From IMG/VR virus record IMGVR_UViG_3300046786_000293, positions 64,001-128,000 of that record: a stretch of 64,000 bases of DNA. One strand, written 5' to 3'. The position numbers were made by a program, and so were the translations under genes. Shown here in pieces: positions 1 through 9,449 of the stretch. This DNA is from a virus. Lineage: Duplodnaviria > Caudoviricetes. Each line of letters starts with the position of its first letter. Position 1 is the first letter of the stretch. The notes beneath the pieces were generated by a model. The model worked only from the letters and a program-made list of their open reading frames with translations. It did not search any database and had not been told where the DNA came from.

Positions 1-416
1 ATATTAGATGCTTGAGTAAAAGTTAAAGTTACACCTATATTAGCTGTTTCTGTATAGGTATCATTAAATGATACAGTTGATGTGTTTTGTGCAATTAGAA
101 TAGTTCCTTGTCTGTAATCACTTGCTCTTTGAATAGCATAGTTCATTGTAATACAAGGATTTAATGTTGAAAAAACTAAACCAGAAATATTTCCTGTAGT
201 ATTGTCAGTTAATACAGCGGAGTTTGAGTATGGAAGATCATTTTCGGTCAAAACTCTAGTATTACCAACTTCGGGCGCACCTTCATCTAAGGTACCATTA
301 CCGATAAACAATTCTTGAGTATCAACACTCCAGCCAAACTCTGCGCTAGATAATTGAGGTAGGTCTTCTGCTAGTCCCCTACGATTTTTAATTTGACTAA
401 TTTGAACTATGGCCAT
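1..416 (-). CDS. Virion structural/fibre-type protein, N-terminal part (runs off window start)
   Basis: ATG at 416 read manually: MAIVQISQIKNRRGLAEDLPQLSSAELGWSVDTQELFIGNG, resembling the ELGW-x-x-DT-x-x-L-x-IG-x-G N-terminus of phage fibre proteins (Mtd_N-like); no stop before position 1. Confidence 0.65.
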   Translation of the reverse strand, partial: MAIVQISQIKNRRGLAEDLPQLSSAEFGWSVDTQELFIGNGTLDEGAPEVGNTRVLTENDLPYSNSAVLTDNTTGNISGLVFSTLNPCITMNYAIQRASDYRQGTILIAQNTSTVSFNDTYTETANIGVTLTFTQASN

Positions 417-437
417 ATTACAATCCTAATATTGTAT

Positions 438-1121
438 TTAGTTTGTAAGATAATACAACTCCACTCGTTTAAGCCACTCATTGGACCAATGCTCGAATTC
501 GTCTTCTAAAATCTCAAACTCTTGGTATTCATTGTTAGCACTACACATTAAAATAACACCGCTTTTAATGCCGGTTCCGTGTGTATTATTGTGAGCCATG
601 GCATAGGCCGCTAGTTGTATAAAATAGTCGTCAATCCACTCTCTTTTCTTGGGTTTATTAGTCTGTTTGAAGTCTAAAATAGCAGGTTTACCCTTCCAAA
701 TGCCCACACAATCTGTAGTGCCCGCATACAGTCCGCTATAGTAAACAGGAACTTCTACACCCCAAAATTCAGTAACATTTTTTCCTAACCCCTCAAATAT
801 AATAACATTGGCCATAGCGTGACTTTGCTGGCTATAAGGATTAGTGCCTGGCAAGTTTATTTGCCCGTTCTTAACATAGTCCTCTAACCACTTGTGCATA
901 CGTGTGCCTCGACTCGCTGCTTCGGTGGTAATTTGTTGGGCTTGTTGTTCACCTACCCTGCGTTTCCAATTGGCCAGTGCTTGGCGTTTTTCTTCAGGTT
1001 TTGTTTTATCTAATATTGTGGTAACACTAGGTACTTTGCTACCGTCGGGTAAAGCGTAATGGCGTTTGCCTTCTATTGTGGTTCTACTAATGGATGTGTA
1101 ATTAAATTTATTGACTAACAT
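438..1121 (-). CDS. PD-(D/E)XK exonuclease (MGME1/exonuclease V-like)
   Basis: PSVTTIL, RGTRMH, YAGTTD, ILDFKQT, QLAAYA motifs. Confidence 0.85.
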   Translation of the reverse strand: MLVNKFNYTSISRTTIEGKRHYALPDGSKVPSVTTILDKTKPEEKRQALANWKRRVGEQQAQQITTEAASRGTRMHKWLEDYVKNGQINLPGTNPYSQQSHAMANVIIFEGLGKNVTEFWGVEVPVYYSGLYAGTTDCVGIWKGKPAILDFKQTNKPKKREWIDDYFIQLAAYAMAHNNTHGTGIKSGVILMCSANNEYQEFEILEDEFEHWSNEWLKRVELYYLTN

Positions 1122-1442
1122 TTATACTCTAAAACTTTCTCCGCAACCACAACGGTCACGTTCATTGGGATTCCGAAATTCAAATCCCTCATTTAATCCG
1201 TTTCTTACATAGTCTATTTCTAACCCTGCCAGATAAGGGCAACTTTTTGGATCTACAAATACTTTACAACCATTACAATCAATACATTGATCTTCGGGGC
1301 CGGGATTGTCTACGTATTCTAGCACATAAGCTAAACCACTGCAACCAGTTGTTTTTACCCCCACTCGAAGTCCAACACCAGAACCGCGTTTAGCAAGTTG
1401 CTGTTGAATCTTTTTAGACGCTGTGTTTGTTACGGTAATCAT
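1122..1442 (-). CDS. iscA: Fe-S cluster assembly A-type carrier IscA (HesB family)
   Basis: GCSGLAY and C-terminal CGCGESF; start refined to ATG 1442 (MITVTNTA). Confidence 0.95.
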   Translation of the reverse strand: MITVTNTASKKIQQQLAKRGSGVGLRVGVKTTGCSGLAYVLEYVDNPGPEDQCIDCNGCKVFVDPKSCPYLAGLEIDYVRNGLNEGFEFRNPNERDRCGCGESFRV

Positions 1443-1809
1443 TAACTGCGGCCTTGATAGCATCTTCGGCAAGAATAGAGCAATGTATCTTCACAGGCGG
1501 AAGGGCTAGTTCTTCTGCGATTTCTGAGTTTTTAATTGAGCTAGCTTGGTCAAGAGTCTTTCCTTTGACCCATTCAGTAACGAGGCTACTGGACGCGATT
1601 GCCGATCCGCAGCCATACGTTTTAAATTTCGCATCTGTAATAATACCTGTAACATTGTCTACCTTTATTTGTAATTTCATCACATCGCCTATCTAACCAC
1701 ACGCTGGGGCGCCAACCATGCCAGTCCCAACGTGCGTGTCCTCCTTATCAAATGATCCCACATTTCTGGGATTTTCGTAATGATCAATTACTTTATTACT
1801 GTATGCCAT
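1414..1809 (-). CDS. iscU: Fe-S scaffold IscU interrupted by an in-frame TAG within a 9-nt insertion (recoded gene or pseudogene)
   Basis: From ATG 1809: MAYSNKVIDHYENPRNVGSFDKEDTHVGTGMVGAPACG-TAG-IG-DVMKLQIKV...YGCGSAIAS...LPPVKIHCS; TAG at 1695-1693 is codon 39; removing 3 codons gives a canonical 128-aa IscU. Confidence 0.9.
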
Positions 1810-2398
1810 AGTGTTCTCCCGTTATAGCAAAAATGATCGAATCGGGTTGATACGAATGCCATTTTAATCTATTGTCCTCTCCCTTTAAAAATTGTATATT
1901 CTTTTTACTTCCAAGTAAAGATGCAGGTATACCTAATTCAAAACCTTGTTTAATTGGAATTATGTGATCTATTTGAAGACTAAATTTATGTTTTCCGAAT
2001 CTTGGAATAAAATTTCCGGCGGCTTTTAATTCTTTTATAGACCTATATGTAAATTTCCTAACTTCACTTTTGTATAAAATGTATTCGTTATTGATTTCTT
2101 TCTTAGGTCTTAAATTGTTAAGTTTTCCATCTGCATTAGGGTTATTTTTAATCCACCGCTGGCGTTGCAACTCATTAGGTTTTCCTTTATTCCAGCCATG
2201 GCCTTTTTTCAATCCTTCAAGGTTTAATAATGATTTTTGTTCGTCAGTTAGTTTTAAGCCTTTATTCCATGCAACATTGCCCGGACGATTAATTGGATTT
2301 TTACACGAAGTTGAGCAATACATCAAAAATCTAGGCTTTGTTACAAATTGTTTTTTGCAGTGGAGGCAAATATTTTCTAGACCATATTTGTTTTTCAT
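1796..2398 (-). CDS. Free-standing HNH homing endonuclease with Zn-finger and NUMOD3-like (WNKG) motifs
   Basis: CLHC...CSTSC, AWNKG/GWNKG, C-terminal QIDHIIP...KNIQFL...N HNH motif; 3' end overlaps the iscU start. Confidence 0.8.
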   Translation of the reverse strand: MKNKYGLENICLHCKKQFVTKPRFLMYCSTSCKNPINRPGNVAWNKGLKLTDEQKSLLNLEGLKKGHGWNKGKPNELQRQRWIKNNPNADGKLNNLRPKKEINNEYILYKSEVRKFTYRSIKELKAAGNFIPRFGKHKFSLQIDHIIPIKQGFELGIPASLLGSKKNIQFLKGEDNRLKWHSYQPDSIIFAITGEHYGIQ

Positions 2399-2403
2399 AC
2401 AAA

Positions 2404-2410
2404 TATTTAT
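2404..2410 (-). promoter_or_regulatory. T4-type late-promoter-like ATAAATA motif (recurs before many structural genes)
   Basis: ATAAATA just upstream of starts here and at 4938-4944, 5438-5444, 7996-8002, 14525-14531, 43738-43744; exact TATAAATA on + strand at 29801-29808 before ORF 29814. Confidence 0.65.
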
Positions 2411-2432
2411 CTAGGTGCGCTTGCTTGTGGGT

Positions 2433-2807
2433 TTACTTTTGTCTACGCTTCATGGCGCTCTTAGCCATGTTAGAGACTGTTTGTGCTGGATTGTCAACTG
2501 TTCCAAAATCATCATCTGGATTAGTAACAGTAGAATAACTATCAGTTTTGAATACTATCTCGTCGCCGGCCATTTGTTTAACGATATTTTTCATAGCAGG
2601 AATTTCTTCGTTGGCGGCTTTTAGATCCTCTAATCCAAAACTAACTAGCCCAGTATTTTGGATTAGACGTACAATAAATTGTGCGGGCAATTTCGATTGC
2701 AGTTCGCCTTGGTCAATTTTACTCTTGACGAGACTTAACACGGTGACAATCTTTGAATGAATCTCACCGGTTTCCGAATCTTCAAGAATAAAATCACTTG
2801 CTCGCAT
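2433..2807 (-). CDS. Hypothetical phage protein
   Basis: 124-aa ORF in tightly packed operon. Confidence 0.75.
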   Translation of the reverse strand: MRASDFILEDSETGEIHSKIVTVLSLVKSKIDQGELQSKLPAQFIVRLIQNTGLVSFGLEDLKAANEEIPAMKNIVKQMAGDEIVFKTDSYSTVTNPDDDFGTVDNPAQTVSNMAKSAMKRRQK

Positions 2808-3481
2808 TAACGACGCTCTCTGCCTAGGTCTTCTTCTCCGCCAGCGGCTGCGTCGGCTGCACCAAATCCATTGTCTTGATCTAAATCATTTAGCTCAGGA
2901 CTGGGCAACTCTCCGCCCATGTCGTCTATAGGAGCGCCGCCCATGGCCATTGGCTCAGCAACTTGCTCTCCTGCTAATGCTCGGCTTCCTTGATCTAGAC
3001 TGTCGCGGGCACCATTTAGTGCATCCATCAGCCCTTGTAGTGCGGCTGTAGCAGTTTGTTTAAATTGGTCGGCTTGTGCAGCACCTAATTGATCGCGGAT
3101 TGTATCTAGCAATGGAGGAAGTTCTTCGTTCATCATCTTGCTAGCATCAGTAATCATATCCTGAATGCTGTCTACCATGTCTTTAGCGGCTAGTACTGCT
3201 TCTGCAGTTTCTAATTCGCCTTCCATCAATGGATTGTGCTGATCTAACCATGCATTTAGGCCTTCGCGAACCATAAGCATTTCCATATACTTAGGATTCT
3301 TTTCTGCTGTGTGGGCACCGTAACTTTTACGGATAGCATTTAGGTTTTCGCCAAGAGCAATATTTAAACGCTGTGCTTTTGCATAGGTTAAATTATCATA
3401 GTTAATAGCAAAACCAAAGCGGCTTTCCATTACTTTGTTTAGACGCTTTGTGGTCTGTGGTGCTAGTTCTTTTAGGTTCAT
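2807..3481 (-). CDS. Hypothetical coiled-coil protein with acidic tail (possible head scaffold-like)
   Basis: 224 aa, helical, acidic Gly-rich C-terminus; function is inference. Confidence 0.7.
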   Translation of the reverse strand: MNLKELAPQTTKRLNKVMESRFGFAINYDNLTYAKAQRLNIALGENLNAIRKSYGAHTAEKNPKYMEMLMVREGLNAWLDQHNPLMEGELETAEAVLAAKDMVDSIQDMITDASKMMNEELPPLLDTIRDQLGAAQADQFKQTATAALQGLMDALNGARDSLDQGSRALAGEQVAEPMAMGGAPIDDMGGELPSPELNDLDQDNGFGAADAAAGGEEDLGRERR

Positions 3482-4002
3482 AATATTCTATCCCAGATTT
3501 TATTATATTTAGCAGATAACAATCTTTTTTCTAATTCTTGACGCGCCAAATTAAACTTAGACTTAGATTCTAAGTATCTACTACGCCATAATTGTGCTTT
3601 AAATTCATCTGTTTTTTTATTAATTTTAGATATTTTATCTGTAAAAAAATCAAAATCAGTACTGGCAAATACCAAATTTTTGTCTGCTGTTAGCAATATA
3701 TCTGCGCTGTTATACAGTTTCATTCGTTCAAATACTGCATAGTACATTGCAGCTTGTTTACTGTAAAAATTATGCACAAATCTATCTTCATTGAACAGGG
3801 ACCAACAATGGGTCCCTTTATTTTTAATAGTAAAATTTCCAATGATCCAAGATTTATTTGTTATTTGTAGACAAACAGGAAACTGTTGGTCGTACCTTAA
3901 ATTTGTAAATTCTTTTGCTGCCCAAGTATCAATTTTACGAATTGCTAATTCGATTAAAAATTTACCTAGGTCGCTTTTTATAGATGATTCGGCCGTCTTC
4001 AT
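3478..4002 (-). CDS. Hypothetical protein
   Basis: 174-aa ORF, start/stop overlap with neighbours. Confidence 0.75.
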   Translation of the reverse strand: MKTAESSIKSDLGKFLIELAIRKIDTWAAKEFTNLRYDQQFPVCLQITNKSWIIGNFTIKNKGTHCWSLFNEDRFVHNFYSKQAAMYYAVFERMKLYNSADILLTADKNLVFASTDFDFFTDKISKINKKTDEFKAQLWRSRYLESKSKFNLARQELEKRLLSAKYNKIWDRIL

Positions 4003-4174
4003 TTTTTCTTAATAATAGATTTTTGTTTACTAATTGATTTGCCAAATATTGCTGTCGTTCGTTTAATTCACCTTTGGCTATAACAGGTGTATCTTCGTCA
4101 AATTGAAGTAGCACATCTGCTTCTTCATTTGTGATAGCCATTTTCAATTGCTTTGTAACTTCTACGATTTTCAT
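3962..4174 (-). CDS. Hypothetical protein
   Basis: 70-aa ORF, coupled with neighbours. Confidence 0.7.
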   Translation of the reverse strand: MKIVEVTKQLKMAITNEEADVLLQFDEDTPVIAKGELNERQQYLANQLVNKNLLLRKNEDGRIIYKKRPR

Positions 4175-4434
4175 TTTGATGCTAAGTGAATAAGTAGGCT
4201 AATAATAGCAGTAAACATTACACCTACAATAGTGGTCCCAATCGCAATCATTTGTTTGTTTATGCCACCTGTTTTGTTAGTGATTGATTCTTTAATTTCC
4301 ACAATGTGACCTTCAATCACATTCATCCTGCTGTCTAAATTAGATAATTTATGATCCAAGTTTTTATACCTTTCAGCGCAAAGTTCTACGTGCGCCTCTA
4401 GGTTTTTCTTCTCAATATCGGTGGTGGTGCTCAT
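4171..4434 (-). CDS. Coiled-coil protein with C-terminal transmembrane helix (XhlA/holin-like)
   Basis: Heptad region then MIAIGTTIVGVMFTAIISLLI. Confidence 0.65.
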   Translation of the reverse strand: MSTTTDIEKKNLEAHVELCAERYKNLDHKLSNLDSRMNVIEGHIVEIKESITNKTGGINKQMIAIGTTIVGVMFTAIISLLIHLASK

Positions 4435-4509
4435 ATTCGCCTTTTTTAGCGATGCATTAATAGTGTGCCTAAATGTGCCGTAAAGAGAAGCCTTAATGGT
4501 GCCGTAGCA

Positions 4510-4932
4510 TCAACTAATATTTAGCTCGTCTGCAGGAAAGAAATGTATGTTTTTTAAGACACCATAACTGTGAAATATGGGCAACATGAAACGTGCGGTT
4601 TCGTCTAGTCCCGACACTACAGGTACTTGCTCAAAATCTTCATACAAATTATCTAAAGTATAGATGTCATCGGACTCGCTGGTAAACTTAAACCCCCATA
4701 TGCAAGTTGCGTTTTTGTAGAATTCTCCAAAATAGTTTTCTTCTATCCAAAAGTCATCTATTACCAGACGTTCAATTTTTTCGGGTTGTAATAGAATAAT
4801 AGGTTGTGTCTTTAATCCCAATACTTGTAGTACAGTTTCCCAATTTCGTTGTTGGTTTCGTTCTTTACTATCGCCTCTGGTGATTCCAGTTGCGGTAATA
4901 TCTACTAACGTTAAACAAATCCAAGACTTCAT
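4510..4932 (-). CDS. Hypothetical protein
   Basis: Start refined to ATG 4932 (MKSWICLTLVDIT), late motif upstream. Confidence 0.75.
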   Translation of the reverse strand: MKSWICLTLVDITATGITRGDSKERNQQRNWETVLQVLGLKTQPIILLQPEKIERLVIDDFWIEENYFGEFYKNATCIWGFKFTSESDDIYTLDNLYEDFEQVPVVSGLDETARFMLPIFHSYGVLKNIHFFPADELNIS

Positions 4933-4951
4933 GTAGGTATTTATAGCCAAC

Positions 4952-4979
4952 AAAAAAGGCAGAACGAATCTGCCTTTTT
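4952..4979. terminator. Intrinsic terminator hairpin
   Basis: AAAAAAGGCAGA-ACGAA-TCTGCCTTTTT inverted repeat with A/T tracts on both sides. Confidence 0.8.
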
Positions 4980-5006
4980 GTTCTCTTTTTAAACTAACTG
5001 CGAGAA

Positions 5007-5396
5007 TTAAGAAGTAGCTAGCTTTAGTCCAACGTTAGTAACAGTTGTAGACCAGTTGAATCCACCTGCTTGTAGAGCGGCGTCAATGTTGGCCTTAAGA
5101 TCTGTTGTATTCCATGCGCTTTCTTCAACTACAACGCTCATTAGAGTAGCGTCAACTTGATAAGCTAATAGAGTAGCGTTTAGACCAACAGCACGTAGGG
5201 TGATTTCAGCGGCTTCGCCTGTACCTGTGTTTGTGTTGTATGTGCTTGTGTTAGCTGTGATACCAAAACACTGGATTGGCTTGCCAATACCTGTGCTAAC
5301 TGGAACGCCGACTGTTGCGGCTTCTGTGCTTAGAGCAATGTTACCAACGCTAACTACGTTTTGTGCATTACCATTTGTACGTGTAAATACTGCCAT
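5007..5396 (-). CDS. Probable virion structural protein
   Basis: 129 aa, Ala/Thr/Val rich, RBS AAGGA and late motif upstream, terminator downstream. Confidence 0.7.
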   Translation of the reverse strand: MAVFTRTNGNAQNVVSVGNIALSTEAATVGVPVSTGIGKPIQCFGITANTSTYNTNTGTGEAAEITLRAVGLNATLLAYQVDATLMSVVVEESAWNTTDLKANIDAALQAGGFNWSTTVTNVGLKLATS

Positions 5397-5451
5397 TTTA
5401 TTTTTCCTTTAAAATTCTGCGACTTAACGCATGTAAATATTTATGCCTTGC

Positions 5452-6762
5452 TTATTTTTTCCACTGTTTAGGGGCGGTAAAATTAGCTTTACTGAATTCA
5501 ATTCTATCGACTAATTTAACTGCACCACCGTCATGCCCAATAGCTACAAAGCCTTCTGGAGCAGTTACACGGTAACCGTCATCAGTCTTTAAAAACGTAC
5601 CAATATTTTCAATCTGTTGCATCTTTTGTAGCAGCATGACCTTTGCTTCAATGATACGTTTATAGATAGCCAATATGCCCAATAATATGTTACTATTATC
5701 AGCCATAAACTTTTCTTTTTCTTGAATCTTCTGTATGCGAGCCTGTGCAGCAGGGCTTTCTGCTCCACCTTTTAGTTTAGCAATTTCTGCTTCCATTTTA
5801 CCTTTGTAATAGGTTAAAAAGTTTTTCAAGAAAGTTGTAGGGTCTCCTACTTGTGAACCGCCTCTAACCATACTATTAATGAACGGCTTAATGAATGTAG
5901 CGAATTCTGTGTACTCTTCATCCCCACTTTTTGTAGTGCGCCCAGTAAAGATAATACGATTAAAATCTTTTTCTGTTATTTTTTTAAAGGTTTGTGCAGC
6001 AGCTACAAGAGTATTTTTAATTTTAGCATCTTCTTGTGGAGTTAAACTAGCACGGCCTGTAAAATCTTTGTATGTAGCATCGTCAAACCAAACTGCATTG
6101 TTTGGAGTCAACCCCGCCACACTAGCGCCGAAACTAGCTTGCATTTCTGGTAAACTAGGACCTTCGTAGGCTGTATGGAATATAATTCCCATTTTAGCTT
6201 TTTCAATTCTTCTACCAAGGTCGCTATTAACTGGCACAGCATAGGTAATAGTATTTGGTGTGAATATATAACAATCTTCAGTGGTACCTGTTCCGGTAGG
6301 CAATTGTGCTGTTTGAATGTCTCCAGGAGTAAACATTAAGTCGCCTTGTAAGACATTAGCTATGCCAATTTTGCTAAGGTACTTTAGTGCTATCTTTAAC
6401 TTTTCTGCCAAGCCTTCCGCTGCACCGTAAAACTTTGTAATATCTTTTGTGCTTTTACAAAGTTTAGGTTCTGTTTTAGCAAATACCGATTTTGTACCAA
6501 CAAAGAATTTCCCATCAGCAGGATCAACACCACAAATAATAGCAGGGGCGCCGTCCCACTTTACTGTAACCTTAACTGGTTCCCCTTCGCCTTGTGCAAA
6601 CATTTTGCGAAGGCTTTCCATGTAATTAAGAGCCTTTTGTGCTCCTAAATAACCTTCATTGTACACTAAATCTTCTACATGTTCTAGGTGAACGTTCTTG
6701 CCTTCTGCGGCTTCACATAGTAACCAAGATGTAGGTGTTTCTTTTATTTCGAATAATTTCAT
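5452..6762 (-). CDS. Conserved T4-like phage protein (DUF6267-like)
   Basis: KNVHLEHVED, VKWDGAPAII, EGFV and VKLVDR motifs; family name from recall, needs HMM check. Confidence 0.7.
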   Translation of the reverse strand: MKLFEIKETPTSWLLCEAAEGKNVHLEHVEDLVYNEGYLGAQKALNYMESLRKMFAQGEGEPVKVTVKWDGAPAIICGVDPADGKFFVGTKSVFAKTEPKLCKSTKDITKFYGAAEGLAEKLKIALKYLSKIGIANVLQGDLMFTPGDIQTAQLPTGTGTTEDCYIFTPNTITYAVPVNSDLGRRIEKAKMGIIFHTAYEGPSLPEMQASFGASVAGLTPNNAVWFDDATYKDFTGRASLTPQEDAKIKNTLVAAAQTFKKITEKDFNRIIFTGRTTKSGDEEYTEFATFIKPFINSMVRGGSQVGDPTTFLKNFLTYYKGKMEAEIAKLKGGAESPAAQARIQKIQEKEKFMADNSNILLGILAIYKRIIEAKVMLLQKMQQIENIGTFLKTDDGYRVTAPEGFVAIGHDGGAVKLVDRIEFSKANFTAPKQWKK

Positions 6763-7736
6763 GCTCTACTTGCCCTTGTTCTTGCTATAGCTTGATCTAA
6801 TGTTTCCCCGGGACGAACTTGTATCTTGGGTTTTAATTGACGTTGTATTTGTTGTGTTGCAGCCGCTTGTTTTTGTTGTCTAACTTGTTCAGGTGTTGGC
6901 GCCGCTTTTGCCGCTGGAGTTGCCGGGGCTGTCCTATTAGGTTTAACCACTGGAGCAGGAGTACTTGCAGGCGTCTGAACTATCTGTCTTTGCGGTTCGA
7001 CTAACTCTGCCTGCTGGTCGAAGAATCTCTGCCATGCATCGTCGACAGGATTTCTGTTATTCATTTCGTGCCACATGCCGTCATCTGCAATATAATAATC
7101 TTTTTTGCCATAACGAAGTATAACAGGATCTACGCTTACTGCGGTTACACCAGGCGCTAGCTGTGGACCAGCTGCTTGTTTTTCGGCCGCGGCCTTTTCT
7201 TTTTCTGCTTGTGCTTTACGTTCTTGATCTTGTTGAGCTTGTAACTTAGCTGCTTGCTGTTCTCTTGCTTGTGCTAATTTATATGATAACATATTGTTAT
7301 TAACATCAACATAAACCTCGCCAGTTTTATTTAGATAATCTCTAATAGCTCCAGGGTTCAGTGTTGTAGGCACTGGTATTTTGTTTAGTTCTTGTTGTAT
7401 GACTGGGCCTGTTGTATAATCTGATCCATAGTAATGAACTGCAAATGCCTGTAACATATCTTTCATTGATTGATTATATGTTCTGGGATCGTTTAGTTTT
7501 ACGCCCTGCGGTGCAAGAGTTTGTGCAAATTGATCGTATGCTTTTGTAACTGCAACTCGATTCGCCTTTTCTGTGGCAGCTTGTTGACGTGCGGCAATTT
7601 GTGACTTAGTTCCAACATTGCCCGATCCACCACCAATGATATCTAATGCCCTAATAGGAGCAATTGCTGCTGCGCCTAACCCACGCCCAATCTTCCCTAG
7701 TAGCCCAGCTTCAGTGATAACTTCATTTATTTTCAT
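6759..7736 (-). CDS. Hypothetical protein, Ala/Gln/Pro-rich
   Basis: 325-aa ORF; N-terminus MKINEVITE typical of these phages. Confidence 0.75.
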   Translation of the reverse strand: MKINEVITEAGLLGKIGRGLGAAAIAPIRALDIIGGGSGNVGTKSQIAARQQAATEKANRVAVTKAYDQFAQTLAPQGVKLNDPRTYNQSMKDMLQAFAVHYYGSDYTTGPVIQQELNKIPVPTTLNPGAIRDYLNKTGEVYVDVNNNMLSYKLAQAREQQAAKLQAQQDQERKAQAEKEKAAAEKQAAGPQLAPGVTAVSVDPVILRYGKKDYYIADDGMWHEMNNRNPVDDAWQRFFDQQAELVEPQRQIVQTPASTPAPVVKPNRTAPATPAAKAAPTPEQVRQQKQAAATQQIQRQLKPKIQVRPGETLDQAIARTRASRA

Positions 7737-7974
7737 TTGTTATCCTTTTAACACCTCGGCTAAACTTTGAAGTATCTTGACTTCTAATGCTATTAATGAG
7801 TCTACGTTCTAATTCTTCTGCTTGTTCTTTATTGTAGTTTTCACGAATAAAGTTAATAAGATTAATAGCACCTGAAATTACATGATTGGCACGACTTTCA
7901 ACAAGATTCTCTTTATCTTTATGTAATCGTAACGAATCTAGTTCTTCTAATAGACTACGAGTTTTCTTCTGCAA
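7723..7974 (-). CDS. Hypothetical protein
   Basis: 83-aa ORF following late motif. Confidence 0.75.
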   Translation of the reverse strand: MQKKTRSLLEELDSLRLHKDKENLVESRANHVISGAINLINFIRENYNKEQAEELERRLINSIRSQDTSKFSRGVKRITNENK

Positions 7975-8006
7975 AATATAACTCCGAATTAAGTATATTT
8001 ATTAAA

Positions 8007-9446
8007 TTAATCTACTTTTTTCAACCCTGCCAACATTTGTTTAAGTTTAGCACTTTGTGCTTCTCCGCCACCTGCAGGTTGTTCCCACACCGGTGTTCCT
8101 TTAGGACGTTCGTATCCACCAAGGGGAGCATTTTCATCTGCACTAGTAGACCTGGCCTTGATACTATTCATAATACTGCCAACCTGTGGCTTTACGGTAC
8201 CAGGTGTTCCCTGTGCTTCTTCACCCGGATCTGTAATACGTAATGTGTCTAAATCATAGTCTAAATCGACTTTCATACCTACACCACTACTACTACGAGT
8301 TTTCATCAACTGAATTTGATAACGTCCACGCTCTCGCATTGCTCGACTTGTAAAGATACCAAATACATTATCTGCTGTGTTAATTTTACTAATACCGCCC
8401 GAGATATGACTGTGATCAAACTCAATTTCTTCAACAGCACTACGATTTAATTGCGATGCAGTAATCATTAAAATGTTGAATTCTCTTGCCAAATTACGCA
8501 ATTCTTCTGACACATACTTGTCTTTGACAAATAAGTCATTGGGACTAACTTTTGCACTCACTGGCATAACCAAGTCCAGGTAGTCAACCATAATAAAGTC
8601 TGCCTTCTTACCTGTCTGTACTTCTAATTCTTTAAGATATGCTCGAATCTGATTAACGTTACTTTGTGCCGGCATATACTTAATACGTAGACTACCAGAT
8701 TTTTTACCTAGCATACCAATCTTAAGTTCGACTGTGTCAAGTTCTTTAAACACATCTCTGGTGCTAACATTTGCAGCCATACTGTCGATTCGCATAGCGC
8801 ACAGTTCTTCACTAAGTTCCAGAGACAAATAAACACCGTTAAGTCCTGCGATGATCCAGTTTAACGAAATATTCTGCATAAACAACGATTTACCCGAACC
8901 CGACCCTCCTGCAAAAATGTTTAGTTCGCCGCGGTTCATACCACCGAACAGTCGTTTGTCCATAGTAGGCCAACCTGTACTAACTTGCCCGTTATTACTT
9001 TTGATTTTCATTAGTCGAGCACGAGGGTCAGCAAAGTAATCTGTGCCCATGTCTTTAGTTAGACTAATTTGTACGGCATCTTTAATGATCTTTTCAATTG
9101 GATCAAAGTCACCTTTTTCAATCATATCTGCGGCTTTAAGTACTGCACGTTCTAGTTCATACTTTTTGGTAAATCCTTCAAACTCGCCCATAAACCAATC
9201 ATAATGATTTTCGCCTAAATCAGGCACAGGTTTAACTTCGACTGTGCTAACTGCTTTAATCTGTTCTGCTGTGGGTACAGACTTATACTGGTCCACATGT
9301 TCCTTAATAAACTTTGCAGCACCACGTAGACTGCGATCAAAATTTTCTGGATTATAAATGTTTTGGACCCGTACATAACTTTCTGGGTTTTGTACCATCA
9401 TCTCCAAAAACAATTTTTGTAAATCAACACTATATTCTTTACTCAT
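8007..9446 (-). CDS. Replicative DnaB-like helicase (T4 gp41-like)
   Basis: Walker A GGSGSGKS, SLELSEE, VDYLDL, TASQLNR, KTRSS. Confidence 0.93.
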   Translation of the reverse strand: MSKEYSVDLQKLFLEMMVQNPESYVRVQNIYNPENFDRSLRGAAKFIKEHVDQYKSVPTAEQIKAVSTVEVKPVPDLGENHYDWFMGEFEGFTKKYELERAVLKAADMIEKGDFDPIEKIIKDAVQISLTKDMGTDYFADPRARLMKIKSNNGQVSTGWPTMDKRLFGGMNRGELNIFAGGSGSGKSLFMQNISLNWIIAGLNGVYLSLELSEELCAMRIDSMAANVSTRDVFKELDTVELKIGMLGKKSGSLRIKYMPAQSNVNQIRAYLKELEVQTGKKADFIMVDYLDLVMPVSAKVSPNDLFVKDKYVSEELRNLAREFNILMITASQLNRSAVEEIEFDHSHISGGISKINTADNVFGIFTSRAMRERGRYQIQLMKTRSSSGVGMKVDLDYDLDTLRITDPGEEAQGTPGTVKPQVGSIMNSIKARSTSADENAPLGGYERPKGTPVWEQPAGGGEAQSAKLKQMLAGLKKVD

Positions 9447-9449
9447 AAT

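Noticed and set aside
1684-1698. Group I intron or intein in iscU
   Set aside because: The insert is only 9 nt and lacks a U/G splice-site arrangement or any catalytic core. It could at most be a remnant or an assembly collapse.
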